From Malacoraja senta (lineage: Eukaryota), in contig JAXLNO010000660.1 in NCBI GenBank assembly GCA_038087875.1, forward strand, positions 1-44,141: a stretch of DNA of 44,141 nucleotides, given 5' to 3'. The position numbers and the translations under genes are program-made. Position 1 is the first letter of the stretch, and every line of letters begins with the position of its first letter. The notes beneath the pieces are model-generated. The model saw only the letters and a list, made by a program, of their open reading frames with translations, made no database searches and had not been told where the DNA came from. Shown in pieces: positions 34,668 to 44,141 of this stretch.

Positions 34668-35037
34668 ACAAGTGTGTTGCCAGGACTCAAGGGTCTGAGC
34701 CATAGGGAGAGGTTGAGCAGGCTAGGACCCTATGCCTTAGAGCACAGGAGGATGAGGGAGGATGTTATAGAGGTGTACAAAATCATGAGAGAAATAGATC
34801 AGGTAGATGCATAGAGTCTCTTGCCCAGAGTAGGGGAATTGAGAACCATAGGTTTAAGGGGGGGGGGGGTGGAAGAGGTACTACTGTAACGTTTAAGAAA
34901 CATTTAGACAGGTACATCGATAGGAAAGGTTCAGAGAGATTTGGGCCAAAGGTGGGCAGGTAGGTCTAGTGTAAGTGGGATATGATGGTTAGTGTGGGCT
35001 GAAGGGCCTGTTTCCAGGCTGCATGACTCTATGACTT
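34668..35037 (+). mobile_element. CR1-clade LINE 3' fragment
   Basis: LPGLKGLSHRERLSRLG...RRMREDVIEVYKIMR; tail GAAGGGCCTGTTTCC...(ATGACTCT)n. Confidence 0.75.
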
Positions 35038-35123
35038 CATTGGAGATCAGTGTCCTACACTGGTGATTTGTGCTGTGAGCCAGATCGTTACCTGTAGAGC
35101 CACTGAGCTAAATCCAACCCTTA

Positions 35124-35649
35124 AAGGCCTGTCCCACTTACGTGACCGGCAACATCTCTGGAGAGAAGCAATGGGTGATGTTTCGGGTCGAGACTCTTCT
35201 TCAGTCTGAAAGAAGGGTCTTGACCCGAAACGTCACCCATTGCTTCTCTCCAGAGATGCTGCCGGTCCCGCTGAGTTACTCCAGCATTTTGTGTCTATCT
35301 TCAATTTTCTTGGCCCCGCTCTGGGAGTAGAAGTGGGGGCGGATCCGGATCCGCAACGGCCGTGAGCCCCAGGCCGAGCTCCGCGGTCGTTTGCCTGCTT
35401 CTGCTGCTGTTGCAGGTGAGACATTGCATCGCGCTAGGGTCTTGGGCCTGTCCCACTTTGACTCGACTGGCAAAGATTTTGTTCGCTACAAAAATTTCGG
35501 AGCCCCGCGCGATGTCGCGCACAACTACATACCCCTCCACGCTTCTCAGTGGGACCGGCCCCGCGCGGCCATACGATGCCCGTGCGCCTCAACGCGACCA
35601 CGAGGTCGCGTAATTTGCGTGCCAAGGACACGTAAGTGGGACAGGCCCT
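35124..35649. mobile_element. Non-autonomous PIF/Harbinger element containing a Penelope-derived foldback
   Basis: TIRs AAGGCCTGTCCCACTTACGTG and CACGTAAGTGGGACAGGCCCT, with a perfect TTA TSD (35121-35123, 35650-35652). An extra internal GGGCCTGTCCCACTT lies at ~35444. Confidence 0.88.
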
Positions 35650-36382
35650 TTACTTCATGTAGGAGCAATGCTCACAAGGTCGACCTCACTTCATTCTGCC
35701 ACCTCAAAAACCCTCATGCAACACCAACCGGCTCCACTGCTCTCAAAACACTCTCAGAAACCTGCTGCAGCTCATTTGTAGGCTGTCTCTGCTGACACTT
35801 GCCACATATGACACTTTTCAGCTGACCTATGCATTGGGAAAGTAAAGAAAAAGCTCTACCAATTTTTTGGGAATCTTTTGAATTTTGGTCAAAGTAACTT
35901 TTTGAATCGGTGCTGGACAGGAACAAGACAAGACACAAAGTGCTGGAGTAACCCAACGGGTCAGGTAGCATCTCTGGAGAACACTATATTCAAGCAGTCT
36001 TCTTGTTATATAAAGCTCAATTTCTGAGAACAATCAGTAAAACAATTGCTCCATAAATGAGAAACATACATTTTCTCTAGTTACCCACATCATTTCACGC
36101 CATAAACACTTGGTATAAATCTTTTATTTCACTGAATATTCACCATAACACTTCCTGTAATTAAATAATGGAATATATACTGTATCCAGTTTTCAATGAA
36201 CGCCACAAAAGGTATTATTATTGTTGTTAGTGTTATTTTTATTATTATTACATTGTTGATACTATTTTAAAATTGCATGGCATGATAAAATCACATTTCC
36301 ATGTCATCCATACTCCTGGAAAACACAAAGTGCTGGGGTTAATTAACAGGTCAGGCAGCATCACTGGAAAACATGTATAGGT

Positions 36383-36410
36383 GACGTTTCGGGTCGGGAC
36401 CCTTCTTCAG
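36383..36410 (-). ncRNA. Minimal hammerhead ribozyme motif, core intact
   Basis: The minus strand reads CTGAAGA-A-GGGTC CC GACCC-GAAA-C-GTC, within a Penelope-derived repeat at ~36320-36590. Confidence 0.6.
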
Positions 36411-36644
36411 ACTGATTGGGTGGGGAAGAAAACTGGAAAAAGGCAGGGACAGGACAAGGCCTCGTAAGGGACAGGTGAATGCAGGTGAGGGAGTTTTAAA
36501 TAGGCAGATTGGTGGACAGTGGACAGAGGCCAGCGATGAAAGGACAAAAGGTGTGAGATAAGTTTAGAAGAGCTGCAAATTGTCATAACCTTGGGAGCCC
36601 TTGTATATTCATTTACATTCCGTAAAAACTATTAAAATTATAGT

Positions 36645-37130
36645 GGGGTGGTACAGTAACGCAGCTGGTAGAGCTGCTGCCTCACAACGCCAGAGACTGG
36701 GTTCGATACTGACTATGGGTGATGTCTGTGCAGAGTTTGTACGTTCTCCCTGTATTTTCTCCATGTGCTCCGGTTTCCTCCCACATTCCAAATACATGCA
36801 GGTTTGTAGGTTAATTAGAAACTCACAGAGTGATACAGTGTGGAAACAGGCCATTCAGCCCAACTTGCCCACACTGGCCAACATGTCCCAGCTACATTAG
36901 TTCCACCAGCATTTGGTCCATATCCCTCCAAACCTGTCCCATCCATGTAGGCTTATGTAAATTTGCCACTAGTGTGTAGGACAAGAACTAGTGTGAACAG
37001 GTAATCGATGATCAGTGTTTCTGTTGACTGATTAGCAGCAACAACAAACGTTTCACTGTACCTCAGTACACATGACAATAAACTAACCCAAACTAAATTC
37101 AGTACGGCCTGTTTCCATGCAGTATCGCTA
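36645..37130 (+). mobile_element. V-SINE interrupted by an antisense CR1 3' piece (36825-36950) and a Rex-type tail
   Basis: Head and V-domain at 36645-36815; the tail resumes at ~36957. Confidence 0.65.
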
Positions 37131-37654
37131 TTAAGCTCTATTAAATTTGTGTTTTTTAATAGTCGCATAAGGGAGATTGGTGATGCTGGCTTAATCCTGA
37201 AGAAGAAAGAAACACAGGTGTATTGCTAGGTCACGGGGTATGTGAAAGATACTTATATGACAGCTTTTCTTGTTTTTGAGCTTTTCTCTCTTCACCTCCT
37301 GCTGCTTTAACACCAGCAAATGACAATAGCAAATCACCCTGACTCAAGCAAATTAAATCATCCCAGCATCTTCCCACAGCCCTGGTGCTGTTCTTGATAT
37401 GAAGCTGTCTGACTGGGATGTTTTTTCGGTGGCACCCACAGAGACTGGTGCTGGGGATTTGATGAAAGTGTTCTGTCAGATGGAACTTGTCAGCATTGGA
37501 AGGATTGTGAATCAAAGATCCAGCACTACCACTGGATGGATGCACATGATCAGTGGTTGTAAATGGACAATACATCTGCACAATTGCACTTTTTGGGCAT
37601 TATGAATGATTATCATGTGCATTATGTAACAAAGGTGCTCATAACTTCATTAGT

Positions 37655-37945
37655 CATAGAAGCAGAATCAGGCCATTTGGTCCATTGAGTCTACTCCGCC
37701 ATTCAATCATGGCTGATCAATTTTTCCCTCTCACCACCATGCTCCTGCCTTCCCCCCATAACACTTGACACCCTTACTTGAATCGGTCAATCTCCACCTT
37801 AAATCTACCCAAGGACAATTGTCTGTGGCAATGAATTCCACAGATTCACCACCCTCTAGCTAAAGAAATTCATCCGCAGCTTCTTTCCAAAGGAACCTGC
37901 TTTTATTCTGAGGCTGTGCCCTCTGGTCCTAGACTCTCCCACTAG
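37655..37945 (-). mobile_element. CR1-clade LINE 3' fragment
   Basis: The minus strand encodes ESRTRGHSLRIK...FFSxRVVNLWNSLPQ, followed by the GATCAGCCATGATTGAATGGCGGAG 3' UTR. Confidence 0.75.
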
Positions 37946-38074
37946 TGCTAAGCTCAACAGTTGCACTAATTTAAGGGCTTTGTAGGTAGCGATTGCTATC
38001 AGGAACAATAATAGGAAATGGATTTCTCATCCCGACATGAGAATAGTTTCCATGTAGTACGTATACAGGAGATG

Positions 38075-38285
38075 CAAGGAATAGCAAATGCTGGAATCTT
38101 ATGTAGAACACAAAGAGCTGAAATAATACAACGGGTCAGGCAACATCTCTGGGGGCACATGGATAGGTGATATTTCAGGTTGAGACCTTTCTTCAGAAGG
38201 TCTGAAGAAGGGTTCAAACCTGGAACGTAACCTATCCATGTCCTCCAGACATGCTGCTTGACCCGCTGAGTTATTCCAGCTATTT
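38075..38285. repeat. Foldback Penelope-derived repeat
   Basis: Inverted arms centred on CTTCAGAAGGTCTGAAG (38191-38207). Confidence 0.7.
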
Positions 38286-39167
38286 GTTTAGATCAGATAT
38301 ACAGCATGGAAACAGGCCCTGCAGCCCACCGAGTCCCTGCCAACCAACAATCAACCGTACACTACACGTTAGGGCCAATTAACTTTAAACCTGCATGTCC
38401 TAGGAATGTGGGAGGAAACCGACAGTTTCTTCCCAGCTGTTTTAAGGCAACTGAACCATCATATCACCAACTAGAGCATGATCCTGATCCGCCATCCACC
38501 TAATTGGAGACCCTTGGACTATCTTGTATCGGATTTTACTGGATTTTATCTTGCACTAAACAATATTCCCTTATCCTGTATCTGTACACTGTGGATGGCT
38601 TGATTGTAATCATCTAGAATCTTTTCGCTGACTGGATAACATGCAACACAAAGGCTTTTGACTGTACCTCGGTACATGTGACAATAAAGTAAACTAAACT
38701 AAAGTCTAGTCATTGACATTTCCATCCTGGTTCTGTCTGTCCACCCTTAATCCAAAGGGAGGAGGCATGAAATGCAATGATAGAATGAAACAAAATCCAC
38801 ACGACTGTACAACATGCTAAACCTCTGAAGGCATCTCCCTGAGAAAAGGAACAGTCATTTCATGACCTTGAAAGAAATTGTTTAAATACTTCATAAACAA
38901 TAATGCAGAATCAAAGACAAAGTATAAATGTGCAATTAAATTGGCCACCGTAGCCTCATAAAAAAATAACCTTTCCCCTTATAAAAAACATCATTTTTCA
39001 TCGGAGGTCAGGACCGCAAGCTTTTGATACAGAGGATGGGAGTGCCTGGAACATACTGCTAGGGGTGCTGGTAGAGGTAGATACGATAGTGACATTTTGG
39101 AGGTTTGGTGATAGGCACATGGATATGCAGGGAATGGCGGGATATGGATCATGTGCAGGGAACCAAG

Positions 39168-39470
39168 TGGCATGGTGGCGCAGCAGTAGAGATGCTGCAC
39201 TACAGCACCAGAGACCCTTGTGTGATCCTTCATATTGGTGCTGTCTGTACAGAGTACATACGTTCTCCCTAACTGCGTGGGTTTTCTCCAGGTGCTCCGG
39301 TTTCATCCCACACTCCAAAGACGGTTTGTAGGTTAATTGGATTTTCGGTAAATTTGTAAATTCTTCCTAGTGTGTAGGTTAGTGCTAGTGTACATGGTGA
39401 TCGCTGGCTGGCACAGACTCGGTGGGCCAAAGAGCCTGTTTCCATGCTGTATCTCTAAACTATAAATTCT
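39168..39470 (+). mobile_element. V-SINE (HE1-like)
   Basis: Head, V-domain and tail as in 34179-34470. Confidence 0.8.
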
Positions 39471-39566
39471 AAATCTCCCTGAGGAAAGGAACAGTCTTTT
39501 AATGATGTTGGAAGAAATAGTTTAAATACTTTGTAAACAAAAGAAACAGTCAAAGCCAAGGTATAA

Positions 39567-39996
39567 TACTCGCTAGAATTTAGGAGATTTAGAGGGGATC
39601 TTATAGAAACGTACAAAATTCTTATGGGGTTGGACAGGCTAGATGCTGGAAGATTGTTCCCGATGTTGGGGAAGTCCAGGACAAGGGGTCACAGCTTAAG
39701 GATAAGGGGGAAATCCTTTAAGACCGAGATGAGGAAAAACTTTTTCACACAGAGAGTGGTGAATCTCTGGAACTCTCGGCCACAGAGGGTAGTTGAGGCC
39801 AGTTCATTGGCTATATTTAAGAGGGAGTTAGATGTGGCCCTTGTGGCTAAAGGGATCAGGGGGTATGGAGAGAAGGCAGGTACGGGATACTGAGTTGGAT
39901 GATCAGCCATGATCATATTGAATGGCGGTGCAGGCTCGAAGGGCCGAATGGCCTACTCCTGCACCTATTTTCTATGTATCTATGTATCTATGTATC
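39567..39996 (+). mobile_element. Young 5'-truncated CR1 LINE with a TATAA TSD
   Basis: Open frame YSLEFRRFRGDLIETYKILMGLDRLDAGRLFP...TRGHSLRI...FFTQRVVNLWNS...GIRGY; (CTATGTAT)n tail. TATAA lies at 39562-39566 and 39997-40001, and the empty site is visible in the paralogous copy at ~38920. Confidence 0.88.
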
Positions 39997-40782
39997 TATA
40001 AATGAGCAATCAGATTGGCCTTTGTAGCTGAAGAAACAATAACCTTTCCCCCTTGAAAAACATCATCTGACTGCTGCAAACTCAGGTACGCTGCTGTTTA
40101 TTGTGGGATGAGGGTAAATGAGTCATTTGTTCTCTTTGGATGGGAGACAGTTTAACAGTCCTGACAGAGATGTACACTAGCTATCAGTGGAAAGTGCATT
40201 CCGTCTACTTCACTGGGATTAAATGGCTCAGTAAGTGATGCACTCTCCTTCCCCCACCATCACGTTTTTGCACACTCAAGGTGCTGCCAGGAAAGTATGT
40301 ACTAACTTTATGTTCAAAGCATCTGATCGCTGTGTTTACTACAACATTTTGTTCCTTTATTTTCCTCAAGGGATCACTATGGTGGAAAGTTGATCGACTG
40401 CCCTGAAGCAAATGCCAATATGGCTTGCATTCTTTTCATTCCTTCCTTGAACATGGGTGATTTTTCAATCAGGCTTTGTATTGTCTGCAGATGTTAAACA
40501 TGTGAAGGGGGGGACTGTGGTCACGGAGCCAGTGCACGGCGCAATGATTGAAATTTCATTGAACTACATCACCGCGTTGCTTGGATGTCTTATAATTGTG
40601 GTGGATGTAATGAGTGAGTCTTTGAGCTGTTCCCCTCGTAACAAAGCAGTGTCGGACACTGCAACAAATCATTAAGAGGGGGTTGGGGGGGAGTGGGTTC
40701 GGTGGTCACTGAACTAAATCAATTTTATTCTTTCCTCAATAAAACAACGTGCTGGAGGATTTCAAGGTGACAGTCAGCATCC

Positions 40783-41235
40783 TGTCCAGACCATCACACA
40801 AACCAGCCTCCCTTCCATTGACTCCATCTAAACTTCATGCTGCCTCGGCAAGGCCACCAGCATAATCAAGCGCCAATCGCGCCCTCTTCTCCCCTCTCTC
40901 ATCAGGCAAGAGGTACATAAGTGTGAAAATACAGACCTCCAGTTTCAGGGACTGTTTCTTCCCAGCTGTTATCAGGGACCTGAATGGTCTTCTCATCATC
41001 TACAGTGTGGTCCCGACCTCCCATCCACCTCACTGGAGACCTTTGAACTACCTTTAATCGGACTTTATCGGATTTCAATGTTATATCTTGCACTAAATGT
41101 TGCACCCATTATCTTTTATCTATGTACTGCGGACGGCTTGACTGTATTCATGTATAGTCTTTTCTCTGACTGGATAGCACACCAACAAAAGCTTTTCACT
41201 GTACCTCGATACACTGAACAACAATAAACTAAAGT
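40783..41235 (+). mobile_element. Rex1/Babar-like LINE 3' fragment
   Basis: QTITQTSLPSIDSI*TSCCLGKATSIIK...SGKRY...FRDCFFPAVIR, plus the GCTTTTCACTGTACCTCG...ACAATAAACTAAA tail. Confidence 0.7.
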
Positions 41236-41660
41236 AAGCATCTGTGGAGGGAATGGATAGACAACATTTTGGGTCAGACTCGTCCCAAAAGGGTCCTGAC
41301 CCAAAACGTCTCCTGTCCATTCCCTCTACAAATGCTGCCTGACCTGCTGACTTCCTCTGGCACTTAGTGTTTTGCTCAAGATTCCAGCATCTGTAATTTC
41401 TCGAGACTTTTTTTTCTTTCTTCAACATTGTAGAGCATTAGACAGTTTAGGATGAGGAATGATTTTGGGAGCCCTCTTAACTGCTGGCAGTGTTACCAGC
41501 ACTTTCAGGGAAAATCAATACACTGCTGCCTTGCACATATGAGATGAAATGTACTTGGCACTACACCTAATTTCTCCAGTAGGAGGCAGAATTGGCTATC
41601 TTAATGTATTTTCATGAATTGAAAGGCATTTGGTTACAAGTTTAGCTTAATTTAGAGAAT

Positions 41661-41985
41661 GGGGTGGCACAGTGCCGCAACAATAGCCTTACAGCGCCAG
41701 AGACCCGGGTTCGATCCTGACTATGGGTGCTGTCTGTATGTAGTTTGTAAGTTCTCCCTGTGACTGCGTGGGATTTCTCCGGTGCTCCGGTTTCCTCCTA
41801 CATTCCAAAGACGTGCAGGTCGGTAGTTAATTGGCTTTGGTCAAATTGTACATTGTCCCAAGTGTCTAGAATAGTGCTGGTGGGGGGGGGGGAGGGGGGG
41901 GAGGGGGGGGTGATCACTGGTTGGCACAGATTTAGTGGGCCAAAGGGCCTGTTTCCATGCTGTATCTCTAAAGTCTACAGTTTAA
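41661..41985 (+). mobile_element. V-SINE (HE1-like)
   Basis: GGGGTGGCACAGTG...GGGTTCGATCCTGACT, V-domain and tail. Confidence 0.82.
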
Positions 41986-41989
41986 AGTA

Positions 41990-42290
41990 TATACCGCATG
42001 GAAACAGGCCCTTCAGCCCACAGTCCACATCAACCATTGATCACCTTTGTACACTAGTTCTATTTATCCCACTTTCTCATCCACTCCTTACACATCAGGG
42101 CAAATTACAGAAGCCAACCAACCTACAAACCCACTTGCCTTTGGGATGTGGGAGGGAACTAGAGCACCCGAAGGAAACCCACATGGTCACAGGGATAGCG
42201 TGCAAACTCCAGCACCCAAGGTCAGGATTGAACCTGGGTCCGTGGTGCTGTGAGGCAGCAGCACTACCAGCTGAGCCACCATGCCACCTA
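41990..42290 (-). mobile_element. V-SINE, second tail subtype, tail-to-tail with the preceding copy
   Basis: The minus strand reads GGTGGCATGGTGGCTCAGCTGGTAG...GGTTCAATCCTGACC...GGATGAGAAAGTGGGATAAATATAGAACTAGTGT. Confidence 0.78.
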
Positions 42291-42569
42291 CATCAGGAAA
42301 CAGCACTGTTAGTAAAGAAGCCCGCCAGTGCACTGATGAAGCCAGCAGAGATGCTATGTCACTGCTCCCATGACTTGAGAATAATCCTGACCTTGGGTGC
42401 TGTCTGTGTGGAGTTTGAATGTTCTCTCTATACGTCTATGGGTATCCTCTGGGTGCTTCATTTTCATTCCACATAGAGTCATAGAGTCATACAGCACGGA
42501 CACAGGCCCTTCGGCCCAATTTGGCCATGCCGACCAAGATGCCTCATCCACACTAGGACTAAACAAGTT

Positions 42570-42897
42570 CCAGAGTCCTTTACCCAGAGCAGCAGAATCG
42601 ATACCCAGAGGACATAATTTTAAGATGAGGGGGGAAAGATTAATAGTAACCCGAGGGGTTACTATTTTACACAAATGGTGATAGGTATATGGAAAGAGCT
42701 ACCAGAGGAGGTAATTGAGACAAGTATTATCGCAGTTTAAGAAAAATTTAGACAGGTACATGGATAGGATAGGTTTGCAGGGGTATGACCAAAATGCAGG
42801 CAGGTGGGACTAGTGTAAATGGGACAGGTTGGTCGGCATGATCAAGTTGGGCTGAACGGCATGTTTCCATATCGGATGACCCTATGACTCTATGACT
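42570..42897 (+). mobile_element. CR1-clade LINE 3' fragment
   Basis: RGHNFKMRGER..., and a tail similar to 34800-35037. Confidence 0.7.
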
Positions 42898-43249
42898 CCC
42901 TGACACCTGCCCGTGTTTGGCCAGTATACCTCTGAACCTCTCCTATCCAAGTACCTGTACAAATGTTGACAAACAACCTGCTTCAACTTTCGTCGCACAC
43001 CCCATAGGCGAGCAGGTCAGTAGATTAATTGGCTTCTGTATATCGGCCCTAGCATGTGGGTGAGTGATACAATCTGAGAGGAGTTGATGAGAATGTGGGA
43101 GAATAGGTTACAAGGGCAATTATTGAGGAATGGGGAAACTCTGTGAGCAAGCATAGACTCAATGGGCCGAAAGGCCTTCCGTGTTGTAACAATATATGAA
43201 AATCTTTGGAAATATTCCAAAACCATTGCTTAGTCTGTACAATGCTCAT

Positions 43250-43550
43250 AGCAGCTGGTAGAACTGCTGCATCACAACTCCAGAGACCCGGGTTCGATCC
43301 TGACCTTGGGTGCTGTCTGTGTGGAGTTTGCACGTTCTCCCTGTGCCTGCGTGGGTTTTCTCTGGGTGCTCCGATTTCCTCCCACATCCCCAAAATGTGC
43401 GGGTTTGTAGGTTAATTGGCTTCTGAATATTGCCCCTAGTTTGTAGGAGGTGGATGAGAAAGTGGGATAACATAGAACTAGTGTGTAAGAGTGATCGATA
43501 GTTGTTGTGGGCACAGTGGGCCTGTTTCCACGCTGTATCTCTAAACTTAA
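43250..43550 (+). mobile_element. V-SINE, second tail subtype
   Basis: GCAGCTGGTAGAACTGCTGC...GGGTTCGATCC, V-domain TGTGTGGAGTTTGCACGTTCTCCC, tail GGGCCTGTTTCCACGCTGTATCTCTAAAC. Confidence 0.85.
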
Positions 43551-44141
43551 AGCTTTCGCCTCAAGTCTTTGACATTTCAACTCTGGGAAAAAAGGTTTTG
43601 TACATTCTCCCTGTGACCGCGTGGGTTTTCTCAGGGTGTTCTGGTTTCCTCCCTTGAAAAAAGACTAAAATCCCTCTAAACCAGTCCTATCCATGTCCAA
43701 ATGCCTTTGAAATGTTGTGATAGACCTGCCTCACTTATCTGCATTGAACTCCATTATCCATTCATCAACCCACTTGCCCAGCTTGTCAAGATTTCTCAAA
43801 CATCTGGATATGGCCTCATCCTGGATTAGTGCCATGAGAGAAATCAAGACCGATATTATATGTAACAACTAACACATCCATTCGATATTATTCAGTGTGT
43901 GGGAAATTGTGCTCTAAAACTGGGGCATTGGAATGGGAGTATTTGGGGATGTAGAGGGGCAATGTCACCTTTATTATAGGAGTAAATCTTCCACTTAAAG
44001 ACATCATGGTGGTGTGGCCATAGAGTTCCTACCGGGTAGTTTCGGTCACCCAAATTCAGTCCTGGCCTCTAGTGCTGTCAATGTGGCGTTTGAACGGTTT
44101 GTGTGTAACCATTTGGGTTTTTTCCAGCACGAAAGTTTCCC

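Larger units (their letters stand above)
38833..40066 (+). repeat. Local duplication: copy 1 38833-38994; copy 2 39473-39566 plus 39997-40066
   Basis: ATCTCCCTGAG[A/G]AAAGGAACAGTC...GTTTAAATACTT...AATAACCTTTCCCC...AAAAACATCAT occurs twice; copy 2 is split by a CR1. Confidence 0.8.

Noticed and set aside
35124..35140. Similarity of the Harbinger TIR (GGGCCTGTCCC) to the SINE/CR1 tail (GGGCCTGTTTCC)
   Set aside because: Only an 8-nt match between mechanistically unrelated elements; likely coincidence.
37231..37605. Overlapping 116-aa and 68-aa ORFs in unique sequence
   Set aside because: No motif, no clear splice structure, and length compatible with chance.
41760..42476. 238-aa ORF
   Set aside because: It runs through three SINE copies in mixed orientation and has no protein motif.

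Overview
Eukaryotic, repeat-saturated intergenic or intronic DNA, most likely from a cartilaginous fish (skate or ray). This inference rests on HE1-type V-SINEs sharing their 3' tail with CR1 (HER1-like) LINE fragments. No host protein-coding gene can be supported. The main elements are: (i) two decayed DIRS tyrosine-recombinase retrotransposons on the minus strand (7659-13207 and 19417-24168), each with inverted termini, an internal complementary region (ICR) and gag/RT/RNase H/adenine-MTase-like/YR remnants; (ii) a Ty3/Gypsy LTR retrotransposon (minus strand, 239-bp LTRs, GAAAC target-site duplication) that hosts the second DIRS and carries an odd ~770-bp duplication including its own genomic flank; (iii) a Penelope-like GIY-YIG 3' fragment and many dispersed, often foldback, copies of its terminal repeat, which carry a minimal hammerhead-ribozyme core (CUGAAGA-A-stemII-GAAAC-GUC); (iv) three non-autonomous PIF/Harbinger elements with TAA/TTA target duplications; (v) V-SINEs, CR1 and Rex1/Babar fragments, two GC-rich non-autonomous retroelements sharing a covarying hairpin, microsatellites and two old local tandem duplications. 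All calls were made by eye, without database searches.
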